Part shown: piece after piece, positions 9,851 through 19,807 of the stretch
Numbering within the stretch: the stretch's first letter is position 1
Layout of the letters: the number at the start of each line of letters is the position of its first letter
Assembly (NCBI GenBank): GCA_963740085.1
Contig: CAVUCU010000001.1
Location: forward strand, 1,472,001-1,536,000
From: Nitrospirota bacterium
GTDB taxonomy: Bacteria > Nitrospirota > UBA9217
Reading direction: 5' to 3'
DNA length: 64,000 nucleotides
Position numbers and translations under genes: made by a program
Notes under the pieces: generated by a model
The model's database searches: none
The model's input: only the letters and a program-made list of their open reading frames with translations
Told to the model about the DNA's origin: nothing

Positions 9851-10216
9851 TCATGGGTTGTCTTGCCGGAGTTGTCGCACCCGCTCCACTGCTGCCTGGG
9901 CCTCCGCCTTCTCGGCCTCCCCGCGCGAGAGCGCGACAGCCAGCTCGGCGTCGGCTTCAGACCGCAGCAGCATCGATGCGGCCTACTCCTTATCACCTTT
10001 TGCGGCCAGTCCCTTGGCGCGGTCCAGTTCTTCCTTGGCTAGTTGCAAATGAAGCGAAGCTTGCGGTACTGTGCCCGCTCCGGCCTCCTCGGCTGCGCGG
10101 ATCGCCGACGCAGTCGACTCTGTACGCAGGGGGGCGCTTGTGCATCCCGCGGCGATTGCGATGGCCACGACGGCCACGGCGAGAACCATACTTCTGATCT
10201 TGGATACGTGTCTCAT
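9851..10216 (-). pseudogene. DUF4398-like lipoprotein interrupted by an in-frame TAG at 9983-9985
   Basis: The frame continues past the amber codon as AASMLLRSEADAELAVALSR.. to TGA at 9851. Confidence 0.75.
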
Positions 10217-10332
10217 TTAGTCCTCCTTTTGTACTTTGATACGCGGTTGTCTCAATGGATCTTCTCTATTTCTTTCAACTCTCAAACGCTGTTGTTTCAT
10301 CGTTGATTACATAACTTCGGACCTGAACGCAA

Positions 10333-11091
10333 CTACTCGATTTTCATCCGGTTCTTTACGCTCTTCACGCCGTTTACGTCGTCCACGAGTTTGGTCACCA
10401 GGTCCTTTTCGGCCGCATTCTTTGCCTTGCCGCCCACCGTGACCACGCCGCGCTTCGTGGCGACCGTAGTGCTGAGGGCGCTGGTCGAGCGATGGAACAG
10501 CAATGCCATTTTTACCTGGGCGGTTATGGAGGCGTCATCGATCTTTTCACCCGCTGTGCGGGATGTCTTTTTCGATGTCTTGGCAACGGTCATCTCATTT
10601 TTGACGTCTTTGACCCCGTCGATATCTTTGGCGTATTCGGTTGTCAGCTCCTTTTGCGCCTGGCTGGTCGCTTCACCCTGCAAGGTGACGATTCCATCTT
10701 TCACGTCGACTCCGGTTTTGAGGCCGCTCACGCTGCGATGGAACAAGAGTGTGGTCTTCACTTTTGCACTGAGCCACGCATCCGAGTTCTCTGCAGGGCG
10801 TTCACCTTTGACTTCGAGGCTGTTATCCACTTTTTTCACTCCGGGCAAACCCGCCACGGTTTCCTGGGCCAATGTTTTGTGGGATTCTTCCGAGACAGTC
10901 CCTGTCAAGGTGACGACGCCTTTCTTAGACTCTATTTTAATATCATCGTCTTTGAGATAGGTCTTGAACACATACGACTTCTTGGCCGACGATTCGATGC
11001 GGTCATCCGTCTTTGAAGCGTATGCAGGCACACCGAGCGCCACCAGGGCCACCATTGCCAGCATCAGGGCTGCCGAAAATATTGCTTTCAT
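10333..11091 (-). CDS. BON-domain protein (three BON domains)
   Basis: Three D..I...VK...GVVTL.G...GV..V.N repeats and a signal peptide. Confidence 0.92.
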   Translation of the reverse strand: MKAIFSAALMLAMVALVALGVPAYASKTDDRIESSAKKSYVFKTYLKDDDIKIESKKGVVTLTGTVSEESHKTLAQETVAGLPGVKKVDNSLEVKGERPAENSDAWLSAKVKTTLLFHRSVSGLKTGVDVKDGIVTLQGEATSQAQKELTTEYAKDIDGVKDVKNEMTVAKTSKKTSRTAGEKIDDASITAQVKMALLFHRSTSALSTTVATKRGVVTVGGKAKNAAEKDLVTKLVDDVNGVKSVKNRMKIE

Positions 11092-11240
11092 GGTATGTTC
11101 TCCTTATTATTGTTGTTACTGCTTTTTGAATTCTTTTTTACTTCAAAGACCCAATGCCCTTCGGAGTCCTTCTTGTGGTATAATCGTGCAACCGCGGCAG
11201 GGGGTCCAGGGCTCCGGCGCTCATTGATGCGCCGCTTTCA

Positions 11241-11420
11241 CTACTTCCCCAGGACCCTCTTGACCTGACCAATCTTTTCCTGCACTTTGCCGGCTATCTT
11301 TTCGCCTTTCCCTTCGTTTTCCAACTTGGGATTATCGGTGATTTTTCCGGCCATTTCCTTCACCTTGCCCTTTGCTTCGTGAAACTTGCCTTCCGTTTTA
11401 TCCTGCGTGCTGGATTTCAT
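11241..11420 (-). CDS. CsbD family general stress protein
   Basis: DKTEGKFHEAKGKVKEMAGKITDNPKLENEG motif, 59 aa. Confidence 0.9.
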   Translation of the reverse strand: MKSSTQDKTEGKFHEAKGKVKEMAGKITDNPKLENEGKGEKIAGKVQEKIGQVKRVLGK

Positions 11421-11556
11421 ACTGTTCCTCCTGTCGAATATTTGCCTGGCTGTTGTCAGGGTACAACCCTTTTTTTCCATTCTGTTTTAAAAAAATCCCC
11501 CCGCTGGCATAAGGGAGAGCAATACCAGCGGGAGGCAAGTTCCTTGACCCCTGTCT

Positions 11557-12858
11557 CTATTTCACGATGACCTCAAAAAGCACTCTCATGTTGGCCTTTG
11601 CCGCCTCTGAGTATATGTTCGAAGGTACCGGTTCATATTCCGCCGGTCTCGTCTCACCGTATCCGACTTTCGTCAACCTGTTTTCTGCAACGCCTTCTTT
11701 TACGAGGAAATCCTTGACAGAGGCCGCTCTTCGTTCGCTCAGCTTCTGATTATATTCTTTGGTGCCGCTGGCGGAGGTATACCCTGCAATCAGGATCTTC
11801 ATGGCAGGGTTCTCCTTCAGGATCCTGGCATTATATTTAAGGATGGTCTTGCCATTTTCGTTAAGCGCCGCACTATCGAAGTCGAAGTGCGAATCCTCGA
11901 GCGAGATCAGCACCGCAGGGACGATCTTCACTGCTGAAATTGTGGTAAAGCTCCATTCATAACTGTTTTCCAAAGCATTGCCTGCAAGGTCCTTGACCCC
12001 GGCTGCGATCGTTGCGGTATAGGTCGTGCCTTTTTCGAGATCGCCTGCCGGGTCAAAGGTGGCAGTTGTACCGGCAAAGGTCACCTTGCCTTTAACAGGT
12101 GTTGTCCCGTTCTTTACGGTAAAGGTAGAGGTGGTGATCGTCGAACGATCCATCTCCTCGCTGAAGGTTGCCGTGATGTTCTTGTCGACTACCCACCCGG
12201 TGACGTAGCTGCCGGGGTTTGTGCAAACCACTTCGGGTGCGGTGGTATCTGCAGCCGAAGGCATGGCAGCGACCGCTTTCTTCTCCGCGCCGAGCAGGAA
12301 GGTCATGCCGATCATGACCTCGACATTACCGCGATTGCTGCGCATAATATCGTAATTGCTGCGATTGTTGCCTGCATCGCGGAACAGCACTTCCCGGGCA
12401 TCGGCCCTCAGGGCCACCGTGTCGGAGACAAAGTACTTTACCCCGAAACCGAAATCGAACGCCCCGCGGGACTGGTTGTTCGTCGCTGGATCCGACGGGC
12501 CGTTGCTTTGAACGATGCCGAGGCCGGCCGCAACGAACGGCACGAATACGCCATCCGGGTTGAAATGATACAGGACATCGATGCCGTAATGGTAGAAGTC
12601 GACAGGCTTGTCGCTGATTCTTCTTGCTTCACTCCCGGTGTAGCCGAAAAATGCCTCAGCCCCCAGGTTTGGCGTAAAATTGTAGCCACCGCGCAGGCCA
12701 TTGATCTGGCCGTTATCCATGTGCTTCTTGTTGTCAAAAAGATTAAAACCGGTGAACGGGTCCAGGGTAAATGTTCCGCCCTGGTTCCCGGCAAATACGG
12801 GGGCGGCAACGCTAAGCAGGAACAATCCTATCGCTAAAACCATTAATATTTTTCTCAT
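11557..12858 (-). CDS. OmpA-family outer-membrane protein (beta-barrel, Big_5 Ig-like domain, OmpA_C)
   Basis: N-terminal barrel (GLRGGYNF, FGFGVKYF), DTTAP..FSEEMD..KDLAGN Ig domain, and HFDFD..GYTS..YNQKLSERRA motifs. Confidence 0.88.
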   Translation of the reverse strand: MRKILMVLAIGLFLLSVAAPVFAGNQGGTFTLDPFTGFNLFDNKKHMDNGQINGLRGGYNFTPNLGAEAFFGYTGSEARRISDKPVDFYHYGIDVLYHFNPDGVFVPFVAAGLGIVQSNGPSDPATNNQSRGAFDFGFGVKYFVSDTVALRADAREVLFRDAGNNRSNYDIMRSNRGNVEVMIGMTFLLGAEKKAVAAMPSAADTTAPEVVCTNPGSYVTGWVVDKNITATFSEEMDRSTITTSTFTVKNGTTPVKGKVTFAGTTATFDPAGDLEKGTTYTATIAAGVKDLAGNALENSYEWSFTTISAVKIVPAVLISLEDSHFDFDSAALNENGKTILKYNARILKENPAMKILIAGYTSASGTKEYNQKLSERRAASVKDFLVKEGVAENRLTKVGYGETRPAEYEPVPSNIYSEAAKANMRVLFEVIVK

Positions 12859-12939
12859 TTTGGTGTCTCCTTTTAATTGCACGCCTTATTTCACGTCAAT
12901 ACCGCGACGGCGATCGATCGTAATTTCACGAGTCGAACG

Positions 12940-12972
12940 GCCTTCCCGTATTTCTGAGATACGGGAAGGCCC
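12940..12972 (-). terminator. intergenic hairpin between the ice-binding and OmpA genes
   Basis: GCCTTCCCGTAT..ATACGGGAAGGC inverted repeat without a clear U-tract; may be a stabiliser or attenuator. Confidence 0.45.
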
Positions 12973-12997
12973 GTCGTCTCCTTCATATCCTTACGCC

Positions 12998-14431
12998 CTA
13001 CGGGACAAGCTGGTTGGTATCCAGGGTGACCGCGCCGACCCGTGTCAACGCTCTTCCGTGAAGTACCGCACCGGTGTTCATCGTGATCGACGCATCTGCC
13101 AGTATCGTCCCATCGAATTCAGAGTTCACTCCAAGGGTCGCTGAGCTGCCGACCTGCCAGAAGATGTTGCTGGCCTGGGCGCTGCCGGCAAGGACGATCG
13201 AGGTGCCGGCATCCGTGATGAGCGTGGAGCCCATCTTGAAGATCCAGACCGCATTCGGGTCGCCCTGGGCGTCGAGAGTCAAAATGCCGTTCGGTCCCGT
13301 TCCCGATATTCCGCTCGTGCTCGCGTTAACATAGAGGCCGGGGGCAAGGGTCAGCCCGCCAAGTTGACCGGGCAGTGAGATGGCATTTGTTGATCGTGAC
13401 TGGGCATCATTGTACGCGGCGAGCAGATCGACTTTGGCTGTCTCTGCGATCGGACCGCCCGCGAAAATGGTTCCCGTTACATTGCCCGGCAGGAGTCCTG
13501 CCACCGCCGTACCGGGAAACACCCCGGCATCCCCGTCAATACTCGTGGTAACACCGGTGTTGGTGATCGTGGAGCCGGCCAGAACCCGGAAAGTGCCGGC
13601 CGTTCCAAGGACTACCGGCTCCGGACCAAGATGCCCAAGTGTACTTATAGTACCCGTAGTAAAGCTCCATGGATTCGGTACACTACCAGCTGCCAATGCA
13701 TTGCCTGCAAGATCGCTGGCAGATACAATCACGACGGCATAGGCGGCACTGGGTTCGAGCAGGCTTGCCGGCTTAAAGGTCGCCGTTGTGCCGGCGTAGG
13801 TCAGAGTGCCCAAAATGGTTCCCGAGGGCCCGGTCACCATGTAGCTCGTCGGGGTGATCGTTAAGGGGTCCATCGGCTTATTGAAGGTTGCGGTGATTAC
13901 CTGGTTGATGGGTACATTAATGGCGAGATCCGCCGGCCCTGTGACGACCAGCAATGGCGCGGTGGTGTCCGCAGTTGTGCCGGTTGTAAAGGTCCATATA
14001 AAGTTATTCGCCAATGGATTGCCTGCCACATTCTTGGCCCCGACTGTGATCATGCCGGTATAGGTGGTGTCGGGCGAGAGATTACCTGACGGTGTAAAGA
14101 GTGCAATGTGGCTTCCCGAATCATAGGTGATCGTTGCTGCTGTTACGAGAACTGCGCCGGGCCCTGTCACCGTAAAATCCGTTATATCGGTGACGGATGC
14201 GGCGTTCATCGGCTCGCTGAAAGCAACAGAGATTTTCCTGTTAAGGGGTACACCAGTGGCACTATCAGCCGGGACAGTATACACCACGGTTGGTACGGTG
14301 CCGGCTGAGGGGCCGCCCGGGGCTTCCGAACCATGGTCTCTGTCGCACCCGGCCGCAACAACGACCATGAGCAGCGCCATAAACCACATCATCTTGGTAA
14401 TTGCCTTGGAATAACTTGTGTCTGTTCGCAT
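12998..14431 (-). CDS. ice-binding (DUF3494) lipoprotein with two Big_5 domains
   Basis: Lipobox AAGC, two Big_5 repeats, then LGTAGTF.VLAGS.ITNTG, LTLDAQGDPNAVWIF and NIFWQVGSSATLG motifs. Confidence 0.9.
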   Translation of the reverse strand: MRTDTSYSKAITKMMWFMALLMVVVAAGCDRDHGSEAPGGPSAGTVPTVVYTVPADSATGVPLNRKISVAFSEPMNAASVTDITDFTVTGPGAVLVTAATITYDSGSHIALFTPSGNLSPDTTYTGMITVGAKNVAGNPLANNFIWTFTTGTTADTTAPLLVVTGPADLAINVPINQVITATFNKPMDPLTITPTSYMVTGPSGTILGTLTYAGTTATFKPASLLEPSAAYAVVIVSASDLAGNALAAGSVPNPWSFTTGTISTLGHLGPEPVVLGTAGTFRVLAGSTITNTGVTTSIDGDAGVFPGTAVAGLLPGNVTGTIFAGGPIAETAKVDLLAAYNDAQSRSTNAISLPGQLGGLTLAPGLYVNASTSGISGTGPNGILTLDAQGDPNAVWIFKMGSTLITDAGTSIVLAGSAQASNIFWQVGSSATLGVNSEFDGTILADASITMNTGAVLHGRALTRVGAVTLDTNQLVP

Positions 14432-14507
14432 TGGTGTATCCTCCATTGTAAAATTTGCAAAGCACGATAGCCTGTCACTTCCTGTAAGGTAATTGTATAG
14501 GGAGTAG

Positions 14508-14523
14508 TACACTTACCGTGCCA
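14508..14523 (-). promoter_or_regulatory. putative sigma54 (-24/-12) promoter for the stress island
   Basis: Minus strand reads TGGCACGGTAAGTGTA (perfect -24 box, GT instead of GC at -12), about 80 nt upstream of the ice-binding gene. Confidence 0.6.
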
Positions 14524-14637
14524 GAGGAGAACTGCGGTTTCATCGGTGACAACACATTGATTGTGTAGAATAAGATGGAAAGTGAGATAAAGGAGTAAAA
14601 AAAAATCCGTCAAGGGAAGCCGTTGCATTTAACAGTG

Positions 14638-14653
14638 CCGTCAAATGCGACGG
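14638..14653. promoter_or_regulatory. palindrome, candidate upstream activator sequence
   Basis: CCGTC-N6-GACGG about 120 nt upstream of the sigma54 motif; a second palindrome GTCCCGAC-AAA-GTCGGGAC lies at 14813-14831. Confidence 0.35.
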
Positions 14654-14899
14654 ATTGCGAAGAGAAAAAATATTGTAGGTCTTATGTTGTACTTCTCGCT
14701 ACTGTTGAAACAATGATCGATTATCGGCGCACCATTTAAATTTTTTAAAACCTAACATCTTTATCGTATTCATACCGCTTAGAAATTTCATTTCTAACGT
14801 TTTTATCAGTGCGTCCCGACAAAGTCGGGACCCGTGGTTACACTCTGTTTGTCTTTATTGGTCTGATCTGAGAGGCGTTACGATCTTTTCAAGCCGGCA

Positions 14900-16078
14900 T
14901 TACTTGCCGAATTGAATTTCAAGGGTAGCCATAAAAGCGAACAACGGATTCCTGCGGCCGGTGTCCTTTTTCGGCAAGGTAACTTCGGGCGCAAGCTCGA
15001 AAAAGAGCCAGGGTCGGTAAAAATTTCTTCGATAAAGTGATCCGATCCGATAATTTTGAATGGCCCAACCAGGATAATTCACTCCCCACATGTTGGTATC
15101 ATAGGAAATTGCGCTCTTGGGTGACAATTGGGTGAAAAGACTGATCCCGGTATTCCAGGTTATGCCGTTGGTGCCGTCAAGGTAGGTTATGTTATTGCCC
15201 CACCGGACAAACGTAAACGTGGTGAACTTTCGTTCAAGATCGAACTGCACGGTGTTCGTGAAATGTTCAATGGTTTGCCACATGGCGATTTCGGAAAATC
15301 GGATGAGGTAGGCCTCGCCAAAGGGTTTCTCGTACTGGAACCGCGTCCTGATATAAGCATCGGGGTGCAGACTGATCTTGATTCCACTGTCAATGCTGAC
15401 CAGTGCCCGGAGCCTGGTATATAAATTCGCTTGCACCCCCACGATTGGTTTTCTGACCCCGGTATCCGGGTCGATTCCGGGATCGACGGGCTGACCCGGC
15501 TGGGTGGTAAATTTGTCGGCAGACGATTCAGAAACAAGATAAAACTTCGCTCTTTTCAGCAAGTTCTCCAGTTGCGGCAGGCGATACCGGAATCTGTAAC
15601 TGTGGATAAGATCAATATTCTGACCCTCGGTCCACCGGACTGAATTTCTCAGCAGAATTAAAGTAGCGGGCCGGACATCCAGCAAAACATGGTTCTTCTC
15701 AAAGAAGGTATCAAACCATACCGCTGGTCCGCAGGTGTTGTCCTGCACGAAGTCATGCACCTGGTCAAGCCAATTATCTCCTTCAACGGTGACGGTAAAA
15801 CAGGGGTCTATCTGCGGCCCGAATCGCTCTTCGCTTATTGTTGATGTCACCGGTCGAGGTGATTTGTCTGTGGTAAGTTTCTGCGGTGCTGCCGGCGCAG
15901 GGGAAGGCTGCAGGGTAGTCGATTCCGTGCTCGCCGGGCCGCTATCCGTCGTAGCCGGGTGTGTTCCAAGTTGTCCCGGAGTTTCAGCTCCGGCGCCATG
16001 AAAACACGTGAAGAGAAGAACGAGGTTGAAAAACAACGCGACAGAGGAATATCGAGGATACTTCATAGCAATAATCAT
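14900..16078 (-). CDS. hypothetical outer-membrane beta-barrel-like protein
   Basis: Signal peptide, WFD.FF motif, YRRNFYRPWLFFELAPEV, and C-terminal LEIQF. Confidence 0.7.
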   Translation of the reverse strand: MIIAMKYPRYSSVALFFNLVLLFTCFHGAGAETPGQLGTHPATTDSGPASTESTTLQPSPAPAAPQKLTTDKSPRPVTSTISEERFGPQIDPCFTVTVEGDNWLDQVHDFVQDNTCGPAVWFDTFFEKNHVLLDVRPATLILLRNSVRWTEGQNIDLIHSYRFRYRLPQLENLLKRAKFYLVSESSADKFTTQPGQPVDPGIDPDTGVRKPIVGVQANLYTRLRALVSIDSGIKISLHPDAYIRTRFQYEKPFGEAYLIRFSEIAMWQTIEHFTNTVQFDLERKFTTFTFVRWGNNITYLDGTNGITWNTGISLFTQLSPKSAISYDTNMWGVNYPGWAIQNYRIGSLYRRNFYRPWLFFELAPEVTLPKKDTGRRNPLFAFMATLEIQFGK

Positions 16079-16203
16079 GCGGTATTTAGTTCTGAAATGC
16101 TCCTCGCTTTGGAGTGGGTGCTGAAATTTCTGCCTCTCCCCCTCGGGGTTGAGGATAGAGGTGAGTGAGACATGCTGGTTTGAATTTCGGGTGTTCTATG
16201 ACA

Positions 16204-18304
16204 TTATGAACGGCGGATGCCGTATTTCCGCATCCGGGCGCGCAGGGTGCTGGGGTTGAGCCCAAGCATCGCAGCCGCGCCGTTTTTCCCTTCGATGCGC
16301 CACCCGGTTTTCTGGAGCACCTGGAGGATGTGGTCGCTGTTCCAGCTCGGCAAGGGCCTTGACGTCCTGCGCCTCCTGTCCATCGGCCTGCCGGAATGTC
16401 ATCGAACCGGTCCAAGTACCTGCAGCGCGGTCCCCTGGCTGGTGATCACCGCCCGCTCGATGACGCTTTCCAGCTCCCGCACGTTGCCCGGCCAGTGGTA
16501 TTCCTGGAGGGCGTTCAGGGTGTCTTTTGACATGGTCTCGATCTTCTTGCCGGTTTTCTTGTTGAATTTGGCGACAAAATGATCGACGAGCAGCGGGATG
16601 TCTTCCTTGCGCTGCCGGAGCGGCGGGATCGTGATGGGGAAAACATTGAGCCGGTAGAACAGGTCTTCCCGGAACCTGCCGTTCCGGATCTCTTCCTCCA
16701 GATTCCGGTTGGTGGCCGCGATGATCCGGACATCGACCTTGATGGTGCGGGGCTGCCCAGCCGCTCAAACTCGCCGTCCTGGATGACCCGGAGCAGCTTG
16801 CTCTGCAGATCCAGCGGCATCTCGCCGATCTCATCGAGGAATATGGTGCCGCCGTCGGCCAGTTCGAAGCGCCCGATCTGACGGTCATGGGCCCCGGTGA
16901 AGGCGCCTTTTTCCCGCCCGAAGAGCTCGCTTTCGATGAGGTTCGCCGGCAGTGCCGTGCAGTTGACCGTTATCATCGGCCGGTCCTTGCGGGCTGCTCC
17001 TGCTGTGGATGGCGCGCGCGACAACTCCCTTGCCGGTGCCGGTCTCGCCGAGGAGGAGAACGGTCGCTTCCTGGGGCGCCACCTGCTCGACCCGGAAGAA
17101 CACATACTCGAGTGGCATTGCTTTGCCCGATGATCTCGCCGAAGTTGAACTCCCTGTCGATCTCGTTCTGCAGGTAGATGTTCTCGGCCTGGAGCCGGTC
17201 CTTTAACTGCTTGTTTTCCGCATTCGCGCTCTGGAGCGACTCTTCCGTCCTCTTGCGCTCCTCGATTTCCTGCAGCAGCCGCTTGTTTACGTTGCTCAGA
17301 TCCTGCGTACGTTCCGTTACCTTCAATTCCAATTCGCTGTATGCCTTTTGGAGTTCTTCCTCCATCCGGTGGCGCCCGGTTATATCCCGGATGATGGCTA
17401 GCCTTCCAACGGGAGCGCCGGATTCACTCTTGAGAACGGACACCGAGGACAGCACATATATCTTTTCTCCATTCTTTTTAATATGGATGTTCTCTCCGCG
17501 CCACGTTCCAGTCGACTTCAGCGACTCTTGAGCCGCGCGTTCATCATCGGCATTGATCCAGGTATAGGTGTAGGCATCCGTCAGGCGGCGGCCGATTACG
17601 TCGGCGGGTTTGATATCGTACAGCAGCTCTGCCGCCTTGTTCCAATACATTATCCGGTCGCCCTTATCGATCGCGATGATGGCATCGTTCACCTGCGACA
17701 GCACGTCGACCTGGAATTTAATCGCATCGTCAGCCTTCCTGCGATCGGTAACGTCGATAATCGTCATGCGGATACTGCCGGCTTTGCCGTCGATATGTTC
17801 CTTCGCTACGCCTTGAAGCTGCGCATAGAACTCCGCGCCGTCTTTTCTCTTAAGCCTGATTTCACAAATTCGGCTGCCCTGTTTTTGAATAACATCTTTG
17901 CGGTATTTTGAAAAAAACTCCCTCTCCTCCGCTTCCGCGATAAAACTGGTAAAGGGCCTCTTGAGCAGCGATCCCCTCTCGATCCCAAGCAAATGCGCGC
18001 CGGTAAGATTAACCTCCTCTATCAGTCCCTTTGCATCAAGGGTGAAATAGCCGACAGGCGCAAAGTCATATAATTCGCTGTACTGGTTCCTCGATGACTC
18101 CAGTTCATCCCGGGACTTGCGCAGTTCTTCATTCTGCATCTCCAGCTCGATCTGGTGCGTACCCAGCTCGTGGACAAGCCCCCGAATGTCACTGGCCGAG
18201 AGCTTTTGAAGTCTCTCGAGCTGTGTGCGCAGCTTTTCTTCGGCCTTCCGGCGCAGGGAGGCGGGACCCTCACTCTGTCGGTCCGATGAAGGGGAATTTT
18301 TCAT
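16204..18304 (-). pseudogene. PAS-PAS sigma54-dependent Fis-family activator with about six single-base indels
   Basis: PAS domains in ORF 16973-18304. [36 protein letters not shown] and LGLNPSTLRARMRK motifs are spread over different frames. Confidence 0.8.
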
Positions 18305-18462
18305 ATTTGCTGAACCCGCATTATAACTTTAATCGGTGAGTCGTGAATTTGCGCCTCTTTGCCATACGCGGCGAGAGCGCATCCTTTTCTTCTGCTATCT
18401 CTTCTCACGGATAAATAAGATGCTCTGAAGAAAAATCGAACTTGCTCGAACCCGGCAGCATT

Positions 18463-18627
18463 TTAATGGCGCTCTCCATGCCCGCCACCGCGCTCACCAC
18501 CACCGCCGCGTTCTCCATGTCCTTCATGGCCGCCGCCCCTGCCTGATTCAGGTACAAAAACTGGAAAACAACCGCTGAGTACGAACAACAGGACCCCGAT
18601 TATCAATAGCCTCATTGTTTTCATCAT
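18463..18627 (-). CDS. 54-aa Gly/His-rich lipoprotein microprotein
   Basis: Read by hand: MMKTMRLLIIGVLLFVLSGCFPVFVPESGRGGGHEGHGERGGGGERGGGHGERH*; AAGGAG RBS. Confidence 0.7.
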   Translation of the reverse strand: MMKTMRLLIIGVLLFVLSGCFPVFVPESGRGGGHEGHGERGGGGERGGGHGERH

Positions 18628-18944
18628 AATTCTATTCTCCTTTTTTTGTTCATTTTGGGTCGTCTCAGACTCCTGAAGACTATTTGAGTTCTTCCGGCGA
18701 TGCTCTTTTGAACACTTAGATTATAGCATTTTTGGTGAAAAAGGAACTACTATAAAGTGATTTACAATGGCGATGGGTTTCTCGACAGGAACCGAATCAA
18801 GGAAATGTCCTCTACACTGCGCTTTTATTTTTATTTAGCGCTTACTCTTCTGATGCGCCAAAATCCTCTTTTGCCGTCATCGGAAATGATCGCTTAACCC
18901 TCCATCGAAGCATAGGCTGCGTTTAATCTCTCTGTTAGAATACC

Positions 18945-18970
18945 GGTTGGCCCTTGAACGAGGCCAACCG
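18945..18970 (-). terminator. hairpin downstream of the BCAM0308-like gene
   Basis: GGTTGGCC..GGCCAACC inverted repeat. Confidence 0.45.
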
Positions 18971-19002
18971 ATTACATAATTCGCCGACCTTGGCTGAACT
19001 TT

Positions 19003-19527
19003 TTACGCCGCCCTCTCCCAATCCACCCGCGCCAGCTTATTGTCATGCGACCACCGGTACGTTACCTTGCCGTTGAAGGCCTTTCTGATCGACCGGCCGA
19101 TCCGCTGCGCAAGCTTTTCATTCGTCGTGGAGATCACGATGCTGCCATAACCGTTTTCCTTAACGGACATCACACGCTCGAGCGGATTAAAACCCCGAGC
19201 CCGCGCCTCCTCGTTCTTGATAAGGTTCAACAGCTCCTGCTTGTGCGGAAGCACATAATCGCCCTTCAGCGTCACGATGCCGCCGGGGAAATTATCCCGT
19301 ATCTTCAGACAGGCGGGGCAGACGGCGACAGTCGTGTCGCGGACCTCGACCGCGGCCTTGTACATATGCGGATCGGCGTACCACCGCTTGTTCTTGTAGA
19401 CGGCATGGCACCCTTCGCAAACCGTTATCTTCTTGCTTGCGCCTTTCGGAAGATAAGGATCTGCGGTCGATGATTTCTTCTTATATGTTAGTTTGTATGA
19501 TCTCTCTACTTTGCCCAGGGCCTTCAT
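19003..19527 (-). CDS. BCAM0308-family protein
   Basis: CxxC..W..CPAC.KIRD.FP.G motif, PLERVM, and TT.EKLAQRIG. Confidence 0.8.
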   Translation of the reverse strand: MKALGKVERSYKLTYKKKSSTADPYLPKGASKKITVCEGCHAVYKNKRWYADPHMYKAAVEVRDTTVAVCPACLKIRDNFPGGIVTLKGDYVLPHKQELLNLIKNEEARARGFNPLERVMSVKENGYGSIVISTTNEKLAQRIGRSIRKAFNGKVTYRWSHDNKLARVDWERAA

Positions 19528-19572
19528 ATAAATCGCCTCCTTTGAAAGAACAGCACCTTCTTCAATACACGC

Positions 19573-19797
19573 TCATTGCACCTTCCCCTCGATCTCGGGA
19601 AACTGCTCTTTGAACTCGGGGATATTCCGGGCCAGGAACATCTTCAGCGCCTTGAGCTCTGTCTGCAAATCTTTTATATCTTCAGCCGTTTTCATCTCAT
19701 GCCTCTTCAGGGAATCCGCAAGGTCTGACAGTGCCCTCTCCTGGATCTTGAGCCATTCGATTATGCCGTTCGCAACCTGTTTGTCGCTCATAACCAC
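19573..19797 (-). CDS. small coiled-coil hypothetical protein
   Basis: 74-aa ORF co-oriented between two genes, with a GAGG RBS. Confidence 0.6.
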   Translation of the reverse strand: MVMSDKQVANGIIEWLKIQERALSDLADSLKRHEMKTAEDIKDLQTELKALKMFLARNIPEFKEQFPEIEGKVQ

Positions 19798-19807
19798 CTC
19801 GCTCCCG

